Source: Auanema rhodensis
Lineage: Eukaryota > Animalia > Nematoda
Reading direction: 5' to 3'
Length of the DNA: 64,000 nt
NCBI GenBank assembly: GCA_964057225.1
Contig: OZ059897.1
Coordinates: 15,624,001 to 15,688,000 of the forward strand
How positions within the stretch are numbered: the first letter of the stretch is position 1; each line of letters begins with the position of its first letter. The notes beneath the pieces are model-generated. The model was given only the letters and a program-made list of their open reading frames with translations, did no database searches and had not been told where the DNA came from. Below, piece after piece: positions 50,701-64,000 of the stretch. A program made the position numbers and the translations under genes.

Positions 50701-53700
50701 AGCAAACCATTGTTGTGCTGAACGTCAACAACATATCCAGCATAGGGATCAAGTTGCATGTTCGGACATCTGATCAGTCACAACAATCGGAAATTTGACC
50801 TTAGGCCCAGTTAGTATCTCAGAGTCAGCTATATTGCTTTGGCTTTAAGAAAAAACCGGATTTACGGCAATTTCAGCTGACTGAGAGTCAATGTCTGCTT
50901 GGTTATTTCTCTGAATCGGAGCTTGGTAGTGCTAATTACACACGCTGACCGACCGATGGACTTCCTCTTCATGCTTTCTTGTCTTTTCCCTCTTGTCCAT
51001 TTACTCGTGGAAAAATTTTTTTCAAAAACATGAATTGCTTTGAAAGCCTCATGATGAATGATCCAGCATTTCGGAAAGCAATGAATATCACGTAATGCGT
51101 CGCTTTAAAAGAAAGAATACAGACTATTTTAACGTTCTGAATGTCTTTCCTACGACTTTTCCATAGTTTTTTCTTCAATATTGTATTCTAATCTTTTAAA
51201 GTAATAAGCGTTTTTATTGCTCTTTACATGCACTAAAGTTCCATTTCTTCTTCTTTTTTCAACTTTCTTTTGTCAAATGTGAACCAAGAATGGCTTGAAA
51301 CTACAATGTTTCAATAGTTTGTACTAGGAATACTGGCTGATTAACTGACTGGATACATGATTACTCACTAAAAACGAACGAAAAAAAGCGAACAAAACCA
51401 GGAATCAGATTGGTTCTTGCTCTTATAGCTTCTTTTCTTCAAGCGCTAGTCTCCGTCAGCAGCTGTAGCAGTAACAACATGCCGACAGAAAAATAGAAGG
51501 CTGGAACAAGAGATGGAGAGTGAAAGGGAGAGAAAAAGAACGAGGGAGTATTGTAATGAACTGCAGAGAGTTAGAAAGGTAGACGTTCGGAAGAGATGGG
51601 ACAAGAAGCAAAAATAGAGAGAGATATATAGAAAAAAGAGGGAGAGAAGGAGAGATAGAGGGAGAGAGAGAGAAAAAGGGAGAACGTAACCAAGATTTAA
51701 CGGGAGACAGGCAGACAACAAAAATGGTTTAGAAAGACTACAGATCAAGTTAAATTTTGGAAACAAACAACAGTGCGAAGCAATTTTACAACCGTTCTGC
51801 ACTCATGAGCTGCTAGATGCCTGACTGGTAGCACAATATATTGAATCGAGAAAAACAAATGAAAAGAACACATAGAAAGAGGCAACATCGACCATAGTCT
51901 GAATGAGAGGATAACTTGAAAGTAGCTTCTTCATAGTTAACTAAAGCTTATAACAAGGGTGATGATGATGATGACGAAGATGAACCCAGTGCTGTCTTCA
52001 TTTGATGACGACAACGATGGCTTGTTCCGAAGAAGAGTAGTAGGCGGGATAAATATGATGACATCAAAATTAGTATCAAATGTTAAAAGATTTTCAATAA
52101 TTGATTAATTATTATAAATAATATTATCTAATTAATGAATTAAACCTTCAACATGATTGAATAGAAAATGTAATAAAAATGATTATTATCATATAATCAA
52201 AACAAATTTCTCAAAAACTAATGAAGAAATCAGGCTCATATAACAAGAAATTAATTACAATTTCAAATATTTTTACACTAATTGTCATTTTATATAGTTT
52301 ATATGAGAAAATGATTTGATTGTTCTATCGTCAACCTTATTTCTTATGAACATAATTTTCAAATATAGATACTATTGTCATGCATATTGACATTTTTCTT
52401 TTGATTTATCAGAATAAATGTATGCATGAACATAAGAATTGTTGGATGAATGAAATGCAAGAGAAAAGATAATAATCATGTGAATATTTAGTAATAAATA
52501 CAAAAAATATTATATATATAATAATAAAAAGTTTTAAAAAATTTTCAAAAAAAAATGATCTACATTCATTAAGAACTTTTTTTGTCCTCTCATTCTTAAT
52601 TATTATTGAAAAAAGTCTAGATTATACAAAGATTATTTTCTTATTAAATATTATGAGGTATGGGTATATACTAAAAATCACTTTTAAGAAATAGAGAGGG
52701 ACAGAGAGAAAAAAAAGTGTCGGAAAGAGGAAAGTAAATGAAATACTAATACGAGAAATTTAAAGGAAAGAAGGATTAAAGTCAAAATAACTATAATACT
52801 AAATCAGATAATATAAATGAATATATAATATTTTGTATATTATCCATGATTATTTGAAAGATTAATTTAAAAAATGAAAAAGTGAGTATACAAAATTGAA
52901 ATGGTTTAAGAGCCCGAAAAGCGTAATACTTATTTGATTCAAAGTGACATTTCCGCTATACTGAACAGCAACATGTCCTGAGGGCTAGATCGCGTGGAAA
53001 AGAATATTCAGGAAAAAGCACTGGATATAGAAAATTGGGAAGTGTGCAAGTTAGCCAATGCTGAAACTGCTTCAACTTCATGAAGTGACCATCGGAATAA
53101 GGTGAAATTGGCAAAAGGGAGTAGCAAGACCAAGAGACTGGTGGTGGATTGGATAGAATGTTAAATAGTAAAATAGAAAGTTGGGTGGAAAAAGAACTAA
53201 GAACTGGCTGACTGGCTGACAAATATGTGTATTATAGAATGCCAAACCCGAACTCAGAAATTAATAATGGAAAAGTTTAGGAAAAACCCTTGAAAGTTCC
53301 TTGTTTGAGAAGCTGAAAGCCAAAATGCAGATACTTGCATTCAATTCAAACCAATAACTATTCGTAAGTATTTTAATTATAATAATAACACATATATAAA
53401 TGAGAATAAGGAATAATAGTAGTTATAATAATATGGTTATGTTGAAAAAATTAAAAAAAATAATAATTTTGAAAGAAACGTACTTGTATTAGCTTCCGGG
53501 AAGCTGTTTAATGACTGCGTTTTAACCATACTTGGAGATGTTGCCAATGTTGTCACGATAGTTGGTGGCGGATTCTGAGTCTGGGGATAGATTGTTGAAC
53601 GATTGACCGTTGTAGTTGTCCCGCTCGAATTTGATCGGGTAGGAGTGAGCAGCAACGTGGTCGTTGTAGCTGTTGAGGTAGAAGTACTGGAGCTAATGGT

Positions 53701-53814
53701 TAGATCAGATTCGTGAGCAACAGGACTATCTGACGACAACGCAGCCGTAGACGACGGGTTCGCTGCCGTTGAGACAAAAGAACCCGTGGAGAAAAGGCGT
53801 ATGCGTGAGCCCAT
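35160..53814 (-). CDS. MARCH-family RING-CH (C4HC3) transmembrane E3 ubiquitin ligase. Exons 53814-53484, 45472-45392, 39272-39163, 37479-37368, 37280-37216, 37116-37027, 36823-36675, 36629-36476, 36429-36337, 35718-35586, 35224-35160
   Basis: RING-CH: CRICHC...[25 protein letters not shown]...ICELC. It is followed by two hydrophobic helices (YYTIFIIAVFLMLISALSTIICF; TITLVSAVIFFISFFVVMY) and a WSIEEY motif. All listed exons have AG/GT ends and compatible phases. The core (37479-35160) is firm; the three 5' exons rest on splice signals, phase and open frame only. Confidence 0.85.
40833..40880. repeat. (TC)24 microsatellite
   Basis: Direct reading; intronic in the MARCH gene. Confidence 0.95.
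44727..44788. repeat. Imperfect (GA)n microsatellite
   Basis: Direct reading. Similar GA/TC tracts at about 31803-31871, 32141-32160, 40241-40280, 43283-43320 and 46029-46070. Confidence 0.9.
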
Positions 53815-56800
53815 CTAAAACACGAAACATGAACTTTGAAGTTAAAAAAGAAGGATGGGAACGACAAATAGAATATACGGTTTGGAGGGAAAAGCTACGT
53901 GAAGCAGAGAAGGCAAAGAAAGATGAGATTTGTGTATATGTAAGAAAGGTTCTACATTCTTATGAAGTTAATAGACAGAAGTCGATATATGAATGAAGTA
54001 AGAAGACAGGGAGCAGAAAACTGACGAACTGCTCTACTGGAGGGATTGTAAATGGCTTGAACGAATAAGAACTGACGTAGCTCGGTGTGGAACATCAACA
54101 GAGAACAACGACGTCGACTGGGAGCAGTGAGAACTATAGAGGGCAAGATATGGAGGCAGAGTGGGTGATGTGGAAAATGAAAAGAAAGACGAAGCAAGTA
54201 CAACTTAGGGTCACATAATGCCGAACTTAAAAGCTGTATTCTGGTTGGCAAGTGGGTCAGGCTCTCTCTCTCTTTCTTCTTTTTTTCTCTCTATCTCTCT
54301 TTCTTCGTTGGTATTTATATATTTTGTTTCTGTTCATCGCTATCTCACTGTGTAGGTCTCTGATACTTTTATGGCTTAGATAGAGAAAAACGACATGAGA
54401 CGCCACCAGAATTGAAAACGGAAAAGCCGAGAAACAACTGAAGCACAAGAGGAAAAAGGAAAACGAGAAAAGGAGGCAGCCTAATCGAGCTGTTGTAGAT
54501 AAAGTCTAAGATCGAGGGTATTATGTAAAAGACGAAGAGAAATCAGAGACAAAATTCCTCATTGTGCTATGAGCTTAAAGATCGACGAGCAAGTAAGTGA
54601 AGAGCCAAATGATGTTATCTGAGGACAACAGTTAGATGAGAAGCCAATGAAAGCTGATTCTCGTTCAGTTTCTCTCGTTCTCTTATTTTCTGTCTTGTCT
54701 CCGTAATTTGCTTGTCGTCCTTCTCAGTGTCTCAATCAGTTTCATTGGTTCGAACTGTGAGATTTGAACGAAAAAAAAGTTCAAAATTTGCTTATTTTCC
54801 ATAAAAAGGATTTGCATCCAAATGACAAGGCTCAGTCCCGGAAGTATGAAGTTTATTTTATTTGAAAGACTTTAAGGAACTGGGTTATAATCAAGTTTAA
54901 AATCATGAACGTAGTAAGTCAATTTTAGAAACATTGCGTCTTAAGAATAGTGAAATAAATTGAAGAAACAAATCTAGACAGAAGGAATAATTAGGTTTCT
55001 TCTCTCAAGAATATTAAAAGAATGTGATTGATCCCTGTTTTTGAGATCAATTAAGAATAATTTTAGGTAGAATTTGAAATTACTGATCTTAAAGGAAAAA
55101 ATTGAACTTTGTAATTATCAAATCGTCCCCAGCTTCCAACTTTCGCTCCCTCTTTATCTAGATACATCTTTCTTACTCATTCATTCTCTATATTTTCATT
55201 ATTAATCAATTGCTCACTGAAAAGAATAGAAATAAACGAACTTAGAGAAAGATAGTAGAATTAAAGAAAATATGATGTACTATAACGAATAAATGATTAT
55301 AGTTCAGAAATTTGATTGAATTGAAAACTTCATAAGCAATATGTGGAAGAACAGAATAATAAAAAGAAAAGTTGAAAATGAAGAGAGAGATTATGCAGAT
55401 ATGGGAAAGATCTTACAAATAAATAGAAGGATTAGTGTTATTTTTTAAAAAAAATAAAAACTTTTATGAAATACACAGAAAAAAATGAATATATTTCATT
55501 AAATTCGTATAATATAAAAAGCAAAATATAAAATTACTAAAAGATTCATATGTTTCCAGGAAAAATTGCGTGAAATTTGACGTCACGAGATACATTCATG
55601 GCGAGCTGCCATTTATTTGCATGAAGATAAGCGAAACGGTTGATTTTCTCATTCACTATTAAAATCTTTTTCCTTTTTTTTCTTATTTATCTCTGATCCC
55701 TTAGTTTTCTCGAAAAAAAAACTAAAAACTATATGAAAATTCTCTTAATAAACAATTTTTCTTTGATGTTTTGCATAATATACTGCTTGAACTATTTTAC
55801 TTACGTAGAGTTTGTAGAACTCAAATAAGTAGAGAAAAGTGATCGAATGAATAGATTAAGACATTAAAAGTTGGAAAACAGTTGAGGTTATAGAATAGGA
55901 AACGAGAAATAGAAAATAGTGACAACATTCTATAAACTGATGAATATAGTTGTTAGGTGGGGAGGGGGGGGATAAAACCAAAATCTCAAGCTTAAACCTA
56001 GTTTTAAAGAATAACTGCTCTTCAACAATGCCTATTTACAGCATGGCTCACTCTTTTATCCTAAATCATCCGTCTTAACTTAGTTTGGCTGTTTCTCCTC
56101 ACTTGATTCGTGTTTCGATCTTCTTTACCCAAATTTTGCGAACAAAATCACTAAACAAACCCATCATCTGTTCTTTAAGCTAACGGAAACATGATATTAG
56201 AAATGTGTTCTTTATATCGTGCAGAAGGCTTACAACGTCTAATTACAGAGGACAGCACAAGTAAAGCTTTCAAAAATCCTAAATCAGAATCCCAGCTCAG
56301 GAATTCAGAATACATCAGTGCATATAGGACTAGCTTTTATTTCGAGCATTTGCCCTATTGCCTCGGGGGGTGCGTGAATGGTGGAGGATATTTTTTCAAA
56401 GGACGTTGCTAAAGATAAGGAAACTTTCTCTTCTTCCCCCGATTGCTCTTTGAGAAATACAACTACTGACAACGTAACCAGCCAACCATACATGTTACTT
56501 GTATTCAAGAATTTAGATGATGCCATATAGCGAAAGTAAGGACAACAGGAAAGAAATTTCAGTAAAGATGAAGGGACACAGCTAAGTATGAAGCGAAACA
56601 TATGGATGAGCAACCATTTTGGTTCATTTTTGAAGCAAAAAACTTGTTGAATGATAGATGGCAATGTGTCATGACAAGGTCGAAGAGACCCATCACTAAC
56701 ACCATCAGCACCCCATTTTCTTCTTATTGGAGAAGAGGAATAAAGGAAAATTCTTGTAACTAAGAAAGGTTGATCCCGGAAGTGTTAGATGAGACGGAGG

Positions 56801-59800
56801 AATGCATCGAATATTTGAAGAACCGGAAAGCAGCTTTGAACTTAAAATCTTCTCATACATATGGAAAAACGTGAGTTTCATGACATGTTTCTGATGAGTA
56901 TGATGTAGCAAATGATAATGTTTGTATGTTGAAGTTGACATTTCTTAGAATTGTGGCGAGGTTCAGGTGAAATTCGTTAGATATGGAGAAATCAAGTTCA
57001 GAAAGAAAAGAAATATAGGTAGAGACGAGAGATAGAGAGCAAAAAGGTGATAAGTAGAACTAGGAGTGAGAACACGCAAACTCAACTTAAATGCTATTTT
57101 CAAGATGCACATCAGGATTTGCAAATCACAATAGATCACTTTTAATGAAAACATTAGCGGACGCAGAGCAAGATTTTAACTTTTTTTAAGAATAAATCAG
57201 CTAAGAGCTCCTGCAAAGATGGATAGAGCTTTGGGAATTTTTCTGCAATGGTAAGCAGGAAGGAATGAAGGGAAAAGAGGACCACTATAAAAAAAACGGC
57301 AGCAGATGAAGCACCATGCAAGGCAAGCCCTGACGTGGAGGTAAATAAACAGCATTTTTAATTGCTGAATAATGTTGGAAAATAAAAAAAGTGAGAAAAG
57401 AAGATGAGGAGAGAAAGTGTAGAAAAAATACTAGTAAGCGCAGTAGCAGCAGTTGAAGTAAAGAGGATAAGAGAAAAAGATATGTAGAAGCTCAGCATGA
57501 GAAGTGAGGTTAGTTTAGGTGGAGGAGCAGTAGAAAAAATAAGACAAAAATGCAAAAAAAAAGAAGAAAATGAAACAGAAAATAGGAAAAATATCAAAAT
57601 ATGAGTACGAAATAACGAAGAATAGCAGAGAGAGCGAGAAGGATGAAGAGAAGAATTGTAACGAACACATCATAAACTGGACGTCTCTTAACATAAATAA
57701 TCTATTTGAATAACTTTTTTGACAAAATGATTTGAAAAGGAAAGTAAAAAAAGAATTTGAGAACAAAATACTGGATGAACACTAGCAGGTAGCATAAAGA
57801 TTTGGGCCGAAAAAATAAAATTTGAGAAAAGCGATGCACTAAATAAGCCATAACAAGCGGAAAAATAGACAAGGAACAAGGCATGATGAGCATGATTTAG
57901 AAAAGCAAAATTAGAGTATATGCTTCAAGCTTATATATGATTCTTTGTCATCTTCAACTATAGGCTTAGACAATATAATATGCACATATATAATATGAAG
58001 TTAAATATAATATATAGTATAATTAAAAAGAATAAAAAAATAAACGATTAAAAGAGAATGAATGAATGAATAAATGAAAGAGAGAAAGAGAGAGAGATGA
58101 AGAGAGAGAGAATGATAGAAAGAGAAAAGGTGAATATATATGTGACAATAAGAGAGTAAAAAAGAGAGAAAACGAAAAAAAAGAGAAAAAAAGAAAGAGG
58201 GAAGCAAAAAAAAAAGAAAAAATGCAATAAAAGAAAACCTCGCAAAGCAGGGATCGTTTCCGCGAGAGACGTGTTGCTGATTGCTTGAGCTGAAAAATAA
58301 AAGCTAAACATCCTTTTATGCTTTTATTTTTTTTTCTACTCTCATCTTCTTCTTGTCGTTACTTTTACCTCTCTCTCTCCCTCTCACTTCCTCATTCTCC
58401 TTCTCTCTACTTGTTTCTCTGCTTCTCTACACCTTCTGACACTCTTCGTGTTCTTTCACATGTCGCAGTTAAAATCATTATTTTCAAAAAAAATTATATA
58501 TTCAAAGATCTTCGATCGCCACCTGGTTGAGCTACAACTTCACACATCTTTCAATACAGCAGAAATCATTGAAAGTTGAATATACAAGACGATTTTGAAG
58601 ATACTTCATCACTTGAAGTGTTGTATGTACTTGGATAATTATACGACAACTTGAGCTAACACTATACATAAGGGGGAATAAGATATGGATAGAAGTAGGT
58701 AGATAGAGAGGAAGTAGAAAAACGAACTTTAATTTTAAAAATATCAGAATAACGTAGTATGGTTCTGATAAGAAATAAGAGGATAACATCCTCTGGTCGT
58801 TTTTTATCAAAAAAAGTTGAAAATGGATTCAATAATACTTCCTACTGAAGTGGAAAAAAGTAATTCAAAGTCGGAGTGTGTGAAGGTGACAGTTAGACAT
58901 GTGTTAAAGCTTCGATGCTCGAACAATAGCAATGACAAGGGAAAACAGTTGAAGTTCACAGCTAAATTGAGCTTCATTCAAATGTATATTCGGATGGATA
59001 AAGACGAACTAGAGATGAGGAGTACATCTAAGAAGACGAGTTGTTACGGCGAAAAACAAAAAATAGTGAGAAGGTCTTCAGGCTTGAGCTATTGCTATCG
59101 TGTGATCGACATCGCATTCAGGCAATGTGTGAGAAAGAAGACAACGAAGAAGAGGACGAAAAGAGAAAATGAACGATGGATGGGTAGATGGCAAGATCGG
59201 ATGAAAAGACGACGACGAAGACTACGAAAAACACGTGAGAGTACGTCGTACTTGCAAGCCTGATTTGATTCTCACAGCCTTACGTAATGAAATGGAAATT
59301 TCAAGCTTAATTCTTATTTGGCAACTAAGTGGAGCTAAAATTCAGATTGTCATTTGAGAACGAGTGATGTTTTATACAGTTAAGCAGACAGAGTATATTA
59401 GTCTTATATCTGTTTAACCTGTGGTATTCCAAGCAACTAGTGCTTGACATTAAGACTTATGAGTAAACCTTTATGCTTAATGTTATCTGAGTCTGTGTAG
59501 CTAATTTATTTCCCAGAGTAGTTTGGCATCAACGGAAATCAATCCATTTAGGATCTCAGAGGATATATAACAGAGCAAAAGAAATACTTATAGAAAAAAA
59601 GGCTATATAAGAAATATAAAATCAAAAAGAGCAATTTTTAATAAATTAAAACTAAAATATAATTAATACATTATCATAATCTATATAGCAAAAATTGAAA
59701 AGAGCTGAATAAAGGTTGTTAAGCAGCTAAGATAAATATAATTCAACTTGACTACAATACTTTAATAATCAATTGTAATCATATCATAGATTAATGGCAC

Positions 59801-61433
59801 TAAACCTAATTTCAAAGGGTTCTAGCTCAGCTGTTCCCACCTGGCTCATTTCCTCAAATACACATATTGACCGAATAGGTTTGTGCAGAGCTTTGTCATC
59901 GATTCTACACAAGGAATTTAGAAATTGAGAATATTAATATTTTAGTTAGAATATAATATGTGGAAAATATTCAAACTAACTATTTCCAATTGATAAGAAG
60001 TGAAGTCATATAATTGGCATAAACCCTGGGCAGGCAAAAAAAATTAGCCTTCAATTCCTATTTATGGAATATGTCGGCTTATCCTTTGACGTTTTTTATT
60101 AAACTGAGAAGAATATAATAGGAAATCGGGAAAAAGGTTCGTAAAAGCCTAAGAGATAAGATTCTGACGTCTTTCATACCTCAAGATGAATACAAACTAT
60201 GTACAATCTAGCTAATCAAACGAAATACTCTTCGAAAAGTTTTTACACAAGTTTTTGAGTTTTCGAACTCGTGATTCTACTTTGATACTTATAGTTCATC
60301 AAAACATTGAATAATAATAATTATTCGCTTTGATATATAACTTTTTGAAATAAAAAAAATAACTAAAAGTATATAAAATAAAGTAAAGTTAATGAGAATG
60401 ACGGGAAAAAAAATATTCAAAAACCTCCTACGATGTGATTACTTATATAAAAAAAACTAATCAGTAAATACTTAATTATTAATGTATAAGACAAATTTCC
60501 TAATGTTGAGATTGAATCAGAAAAAAACACTAATACTATATTAGTCTTTAGATGTTAATTTTGTTCCAAATTGCCAGATTTCATCTATGATGTTAGAAAA
60601 CAAAAAATATATTTGACTATTGCAACTTTCTGAATACTAAATTTAGCTTACATGCTGCTCATTCTTATTGTAATATCTTAAACTGGCTTCTTAATTTGAA
60701 TTTTACAACGAAAATAAAAAACACATAAAGAAAAAATTCTTTATAGTTAATAAGTGTTGTTTAATTATTAATTTTGGTTATTTTTCTTATTACAAATCTC
60801 TTCATTTCCTTTGATAAAATAATCGTTTTCCTTGACTCCATTTTATCTATCTATCTCTCTCATTCAATTTTATTTATCTTCTTATCAATCTTTCTATCAA
60901 TCTTTTTCTCTTTTTCTTTACCTCTCTATCTCTCATTTTCACTCTATCATAGCTTAATCTTCTGTTACTTCATTCTTATTCTACGTCTTTTCCACATCTT
61001 TCGTGACCACATTCCAACTTCGTGTTTCTATGCCTTACCAAGGCTACTCAACCCCTCTTCTCAACAAAAATAATTTTAAAATTGATTTTTGAACAAAAAA
61101 AACAAAACGAAGTGGAAAACAAACTAAACTTTCTACGAACTAACCATTTAGTTTATTTGACAGATGAGAGAGAAATAAATCACCAAATATACAAGAGTAA
61201 GGGACAAACAGAGAAAACACATAATTGCTTTCGATGATAAAGGTCATATGATTTTCTAATTTTATAAGATTTAGTTTATTTATTAACAGATATACTTATT
61301 TTATAATTTGAAAAATGCAAAATGTTGATCATCCATCAACTACCTCATAAGAGAAGTCGCATTTCTTTCTCTCTCTCTTTCATTCATTCACAAACTATTT
61401 AACAAAAAAAAATTAAAAATTAAATTAACTGAC

Positions 61434-61474
61434 CTGTTGATCACTGCTAAATTGGCTGAATGAGCAAGGTGACT
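61434..61474 (-). other. Probable additional 41-nt upstream exon of the MARCH gene (coding xSPCSFSQFSSDQQ or 5' UTR); the gene may continue beyond the window
   Basis: Strong TTTTTTTTCAG acceptor and CAG|GTCAGT donor around a GC-richer island. Its open frame joins in phase to the ATG exon at 53814. Confidence 0.55.
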
Positions 61475-64000
61475 CTGAAAAAAAAAACTTAATTAGATAA
61501 AAAAAACCTAAGCTTGACATCATAAAACTTCCAAAATTTAATTATTATTATTTTTGCAGAAAAAAAATTGAATTTGGATACCACAAAATGAGCAAGAAAA
61601 ATATATAAATGGCAAAAGAGTAAAGAATAGAAAGTTTTATATAATAAGAAAAAGAAAATCAGAATATACTTAGTTGATTATTTATCAAATATATAATAAA
61701 TAAGTCTAACAATAGGTATCTTGAATAAACTTTGAGCAAAGTACAATTGTTGTGCATCGGATATACTTTGAATTCAAAAATAAAAATGTTGACTGAAGAT
61801 ATTTTATAGAAATAAGCGGCCAACATAGTCATTTATAATATTATAATATTTTCTTTAAAGTTCATTTAACATTAATTAAATGATAGTAACCAGGTTGAAA
61901 CATGCTTAAAGGTTGGTTGATTGTTTGCTAATATTCATTGAACTAGGGACACAAGATTAGCAATCATGATACCAATAGTATCACCTCCAATTCGATCAAA
62001 CTGCTACAGATGAGAAGACATTAAGAAATGATGTTCTGACTACAAAACAAGAGTTCAAAAGCAGATAAAGCGGATTCAAATTTATTCGTAGCAATTTGCT
62101 CATTCCCTTTAACGACAAAAGCCGGTTGTTGCTCTGGCCTAGCCTTCCGCTTACGACAATTCGACTTCAAATTTCTTATGAAGAAAGCAGCAATTGTCAT
62201 CCAGCTTACTCTTTCCATATCCAACTTTCCTTTTCTCTCTCCATCTCTCTTCTTCATACCTCCATATTTCTTGGTTCGTACTCAGCTACTATCTCTTTAT
62301 ATTTATCTTTCCCGGAGGAACGGATGTTAGGCCAGTCCAGGCGTCAGCAATGGTCACAACCTTATTATCCTATTTTGCTCGATGGGTTCAAGTGAACTGC
62401 ATGCTTATTACGTTTTTCAAAAAGACAAGATAAGAAATTTTAGAAATATCTCATTTTTACTTTTACCTGGACACTTTGAACAAGGACAGAAATAAAAATG
62501 AGAATTTAATTTAATATAGTCGTGTTCGAATGAATTTATGAGTTTTAAGAAGGAAAACATAAAAGCTAGTTATAATAGGAATGATAAAATAAAGTTAAAA
62601 CTTGAATGAAAAAGCAGCAATGATGGATGGAAAGGGAAGGAAGAGCGGATAATAGTGTATCACATGCTGTGAACTATTGAAAAACAGATATGATGGAAAG
62701 CAGAAAGGTCAAAGCGAAAAGAGTGCTTTGAGTTCAAGTAGTTGAGCTAAAAGTAAAGTTATATGAATAGAAGAGAAACAAAGAAAATGACAACAAACAG
62801 AAGGTAACTTAAATAAATTCACTGTGGGAGTATCAAGCCTTAGCTATTTTAGTATAAGATAGTTTGTTACTGAACACTAAGTCGACATCGTTTTGAATTG
62901 ATAATACACGGAAGCTTTTGAATCGAAAGAGAAAAGCCGACCGACCATCCATTAAGAAAAAGAATTTTTCTTCCTTTTTGTTCCCAGAAACAAGACGACA
63001 TACCACTATTAGTACAGGTGATCTATCAGCTGTTCTACTATTATCTTTGAAACTGAAAGCCCGCTGTTTGTTGTTGCTCATTAAAAATTTTTTTTACAAA
63101 GTACCAATGCTGCAAAACGAAAAGAACAGAGATCGGAAGAACTTATAATTTCCTCTGATAAAGGGTTTAGGTTTTTAATTTTAAATAATTTTTCACTGAA
63201 TGTGTTCGACTGAACAACAAATTTCTGGAATTGCCAACAAAATGAATAAAGCCGAGATTATAAGAATATAATAAGAATTAACAGAAACATTTTCTTGTTA
63301 AATCACCTAATAATAATAGATTAAAAACTATTATATGAAAATAGTAGAGGTAAGAGAGAATGATGGATGAAACAGAGATCCAGGATTGTAGGCGAAAACG
63401 GAAGATCAGAATGTGAAATGCGAACGGATTGTTATAAAACTGGAGATATAATGAGATAGAAACAATGAAAAATAGCATGAGGTATGAAGCCATGTTCAAA
63501 GATGGAAGAAACCATATGATCAAATTATTTTGTCCATACAGAGTCTCACGTGACCAGCAGCAGCAGTACCAACAACATCATCGTCGTATTCGGCTTGTCC
63601 TGTCTTAAGCGAAAGAAATGACCACACAACAAAACCGATGTTTGTTGACTTGGGTGCTGGTGTTCATCTCAGCTCAATCTCTTCCTCATGCCTTCGTTTT
63701 CTCTTTTTCTAATTCACCCTCATGCTCTACCGCACTCTCTGCTTGCTTTCTCCCCTTTTCTATATCAATATATGTGCTTTTCCACTCTTCCTCTTTATCT
63801 TTCTTTGCACCTCCATCTTCTCTCGTTTTTGTCTCTTCAGGCCATTTTTTATTTGTGACGTCTGTATATTAGCCCATTATTTTCTTTTTACGAAGGAGGG
63901 GAAGCAGCCAAAAAAAAATCTTGGATTTTGCTTGAAAATAGAGAATGAATGAAGTAAAGATTAATAATATAGCAAAATTCATGAATACTTCTGCGAAGGT

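Noticed and set aside
56150-57150. Decayed retroelement or nested gene in the GC-richer intronic patch
   Set aside because: Short overlapping ORFs with no recognisable domain, no terminal repeats and no coherent splice chain.
57960-57971. Interstitial telomeric TTAGGC repeat
   Set aside because: Only one perfect and one imperfect unit, which is expected by chance.

Overview
Eukaryotic, AT-rich nematode genomic DNA, most likely a rhabditid. This rests on TTTTCAG-type acceptors, 41-49 nt introns and proteins very close to C. elegans CYN-11, RAB-21 and RAS-1. Almost all entries in the ORF track are spurious, and the real genes are spliced. The window has three domains. (1) 1-5.4 kb is a compact + strand cluster: a Upf1/DNA2-NAM7-like SF1B helicase, probably joined through a short intron to an N-terminal (NPQPKAEK)n repeat exon that runs off the left edge, then cyclophilin H (cyn-11), rab-21 and a tRNA-His(GUG). 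(2) 5.5-15.0 kb holds about 33 near-identical 200-bp satellite monomers in three sub-arrays. They are interrupted by two virtually identical 1,474-bp cassettes (period 4,009 bp), each with an AT-rich leader and a frameshifted, coding-like 15-bp repeat (EP[K/E]D[Q/E])n. The monomer shares three collinear blocks with the adjacent tRNA-His gene. (3) 15-64 kb is gene-sparse and microsatellite-rich, with two long minus-strand genes: R-Ras/ras-1 (6 exons, including a 5-kb GC-AG intron) and a MARCH-family RING-CH E3 ligase whose in-frame exon chain I can trace from at least 53,814 (probably 61,474) to 35,160. The most unusual object is the tRNA-flanked satellite/cassette macro-repeat. Its interpretation is inference and needs computational testing.
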